Shown in pieces: positions 63,323 through 64,000 of a stretch of DNA of 64,000 nt (position 1 is its first letter; each line of letters opens with the position of its first letter). The position numbers were made by a program, and so were the translations under genes. The notes below the pieces were generated by a model. The model was given only the letters and a program-made list of their open reading frames with translations, had not been told where the DNA came from and did not search any database. This stretch comes from Chromera velia. Lineage: Eukaryota. The DNA lies in assembly GCA_018398765.1 (NCBI GenBank), contig JAHBMJ010000366.1:1-64000 (forward strand), read 5' to 3'.

Positions 63323-64000
63323 GACACACAAACAGAGAGACAGACTACCTATATCGTCTTTTCGTTCCCTTTTTCTGTTTCTTCATTCTCTTTTCTGTTT
63401 AGACAGACAGACAGACAGACAGACGGATATTGACTCATTGTGAAAACGGACAGACGGAGACGGACATGGAGATTCTCTGAAAGGAAGGAAGGAAGGAAAC
63501 AAGGAAGGAATACATGCAGCGAATGGAATCCTTCGACATTGTCAAGCTAGGTAGGTACACTGACTGACAACCGCTGACGGCCCTCCCTCCACACCCACGC
63601 TGCTACTACTGCCAGTCATCGATCGATTGAATCGAACTCCCTCCCAACTGACGCAAAATTAAATTAATACACGCGGATCGCTGCCACACCCATGAATTTG
63701 TATGCGGCTTTCCCCCTATGCAGCGAAACCGGGACATGCCCCCCGATGCGGCCCCCTCACGCACCCCCCCAGTGCCACTTCGTTCTACCCCCCCCTCCTG
63801 TCTTGCAAGCTCCATGCACCCAGTGAAATGCATTGGGTGGGAAGTGCCCCCCCATCCATCCAGTCGTTCATGCATGCCTCTGGCATCACTCATTCGATTA
63901 CCAATCGTCAGGCTTGCTACCATGCTGCTTTGCATTGCCCTATTCAGTCTTCTTCTTGCTTCAACTGCTGCACCACTTTCTTCTCGTCTGAGCTCTCCTG

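Noticed and set aside
63090..64000. Possible end of a further gene
   Set aside because: Intron-like microsatellites are present but I could not identify convincing exons.

Overview
Eukaryotic, intron- and microsatellite-rich genomic DNA. The relaxed GTNNGT donors, TGCAG acceptors, frequent TGCATGCA and a multi-Sushi surface protein suggest an apicomplexan- or chrompodellid-like alveolate; this taxonomy is inference. Most ORFs in the supplied track are microsatellite artefacts. Splicing the exons by hand gives ten genes in five head-to-head pairs: GT10 fucosyltransferase-1 (-) / giant LamG + ~22x Sushi membrane protein (+); membrane-anchored SAM methyltransferase (-) / unknown protein (+); GT10 fucosyltransferase-2 (-) / NeuA-NeuB fusion (+); stand-alone GNE/NeuC epimerase (-) / double Gfo-Idh-MocA oxidoreductase fusion (+); CgtA-like glycosyltransferase (-) / GT29 sialyltransferase (+). 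Main finding: a clustered, chimeric bacterial/eukaryotic pathway that makes CMP-sialic (nonulosonic) acid, possibly modifies it, and transfers it along with fucose and HexNAc. This looks like a eukaryotic glycan-decoration or mimicry gene cluster that parallels the Campylobacter neuBCA/cgtA/cst LOS locus. Exon coordinates were read by eye and a few small exons remain unresolved.
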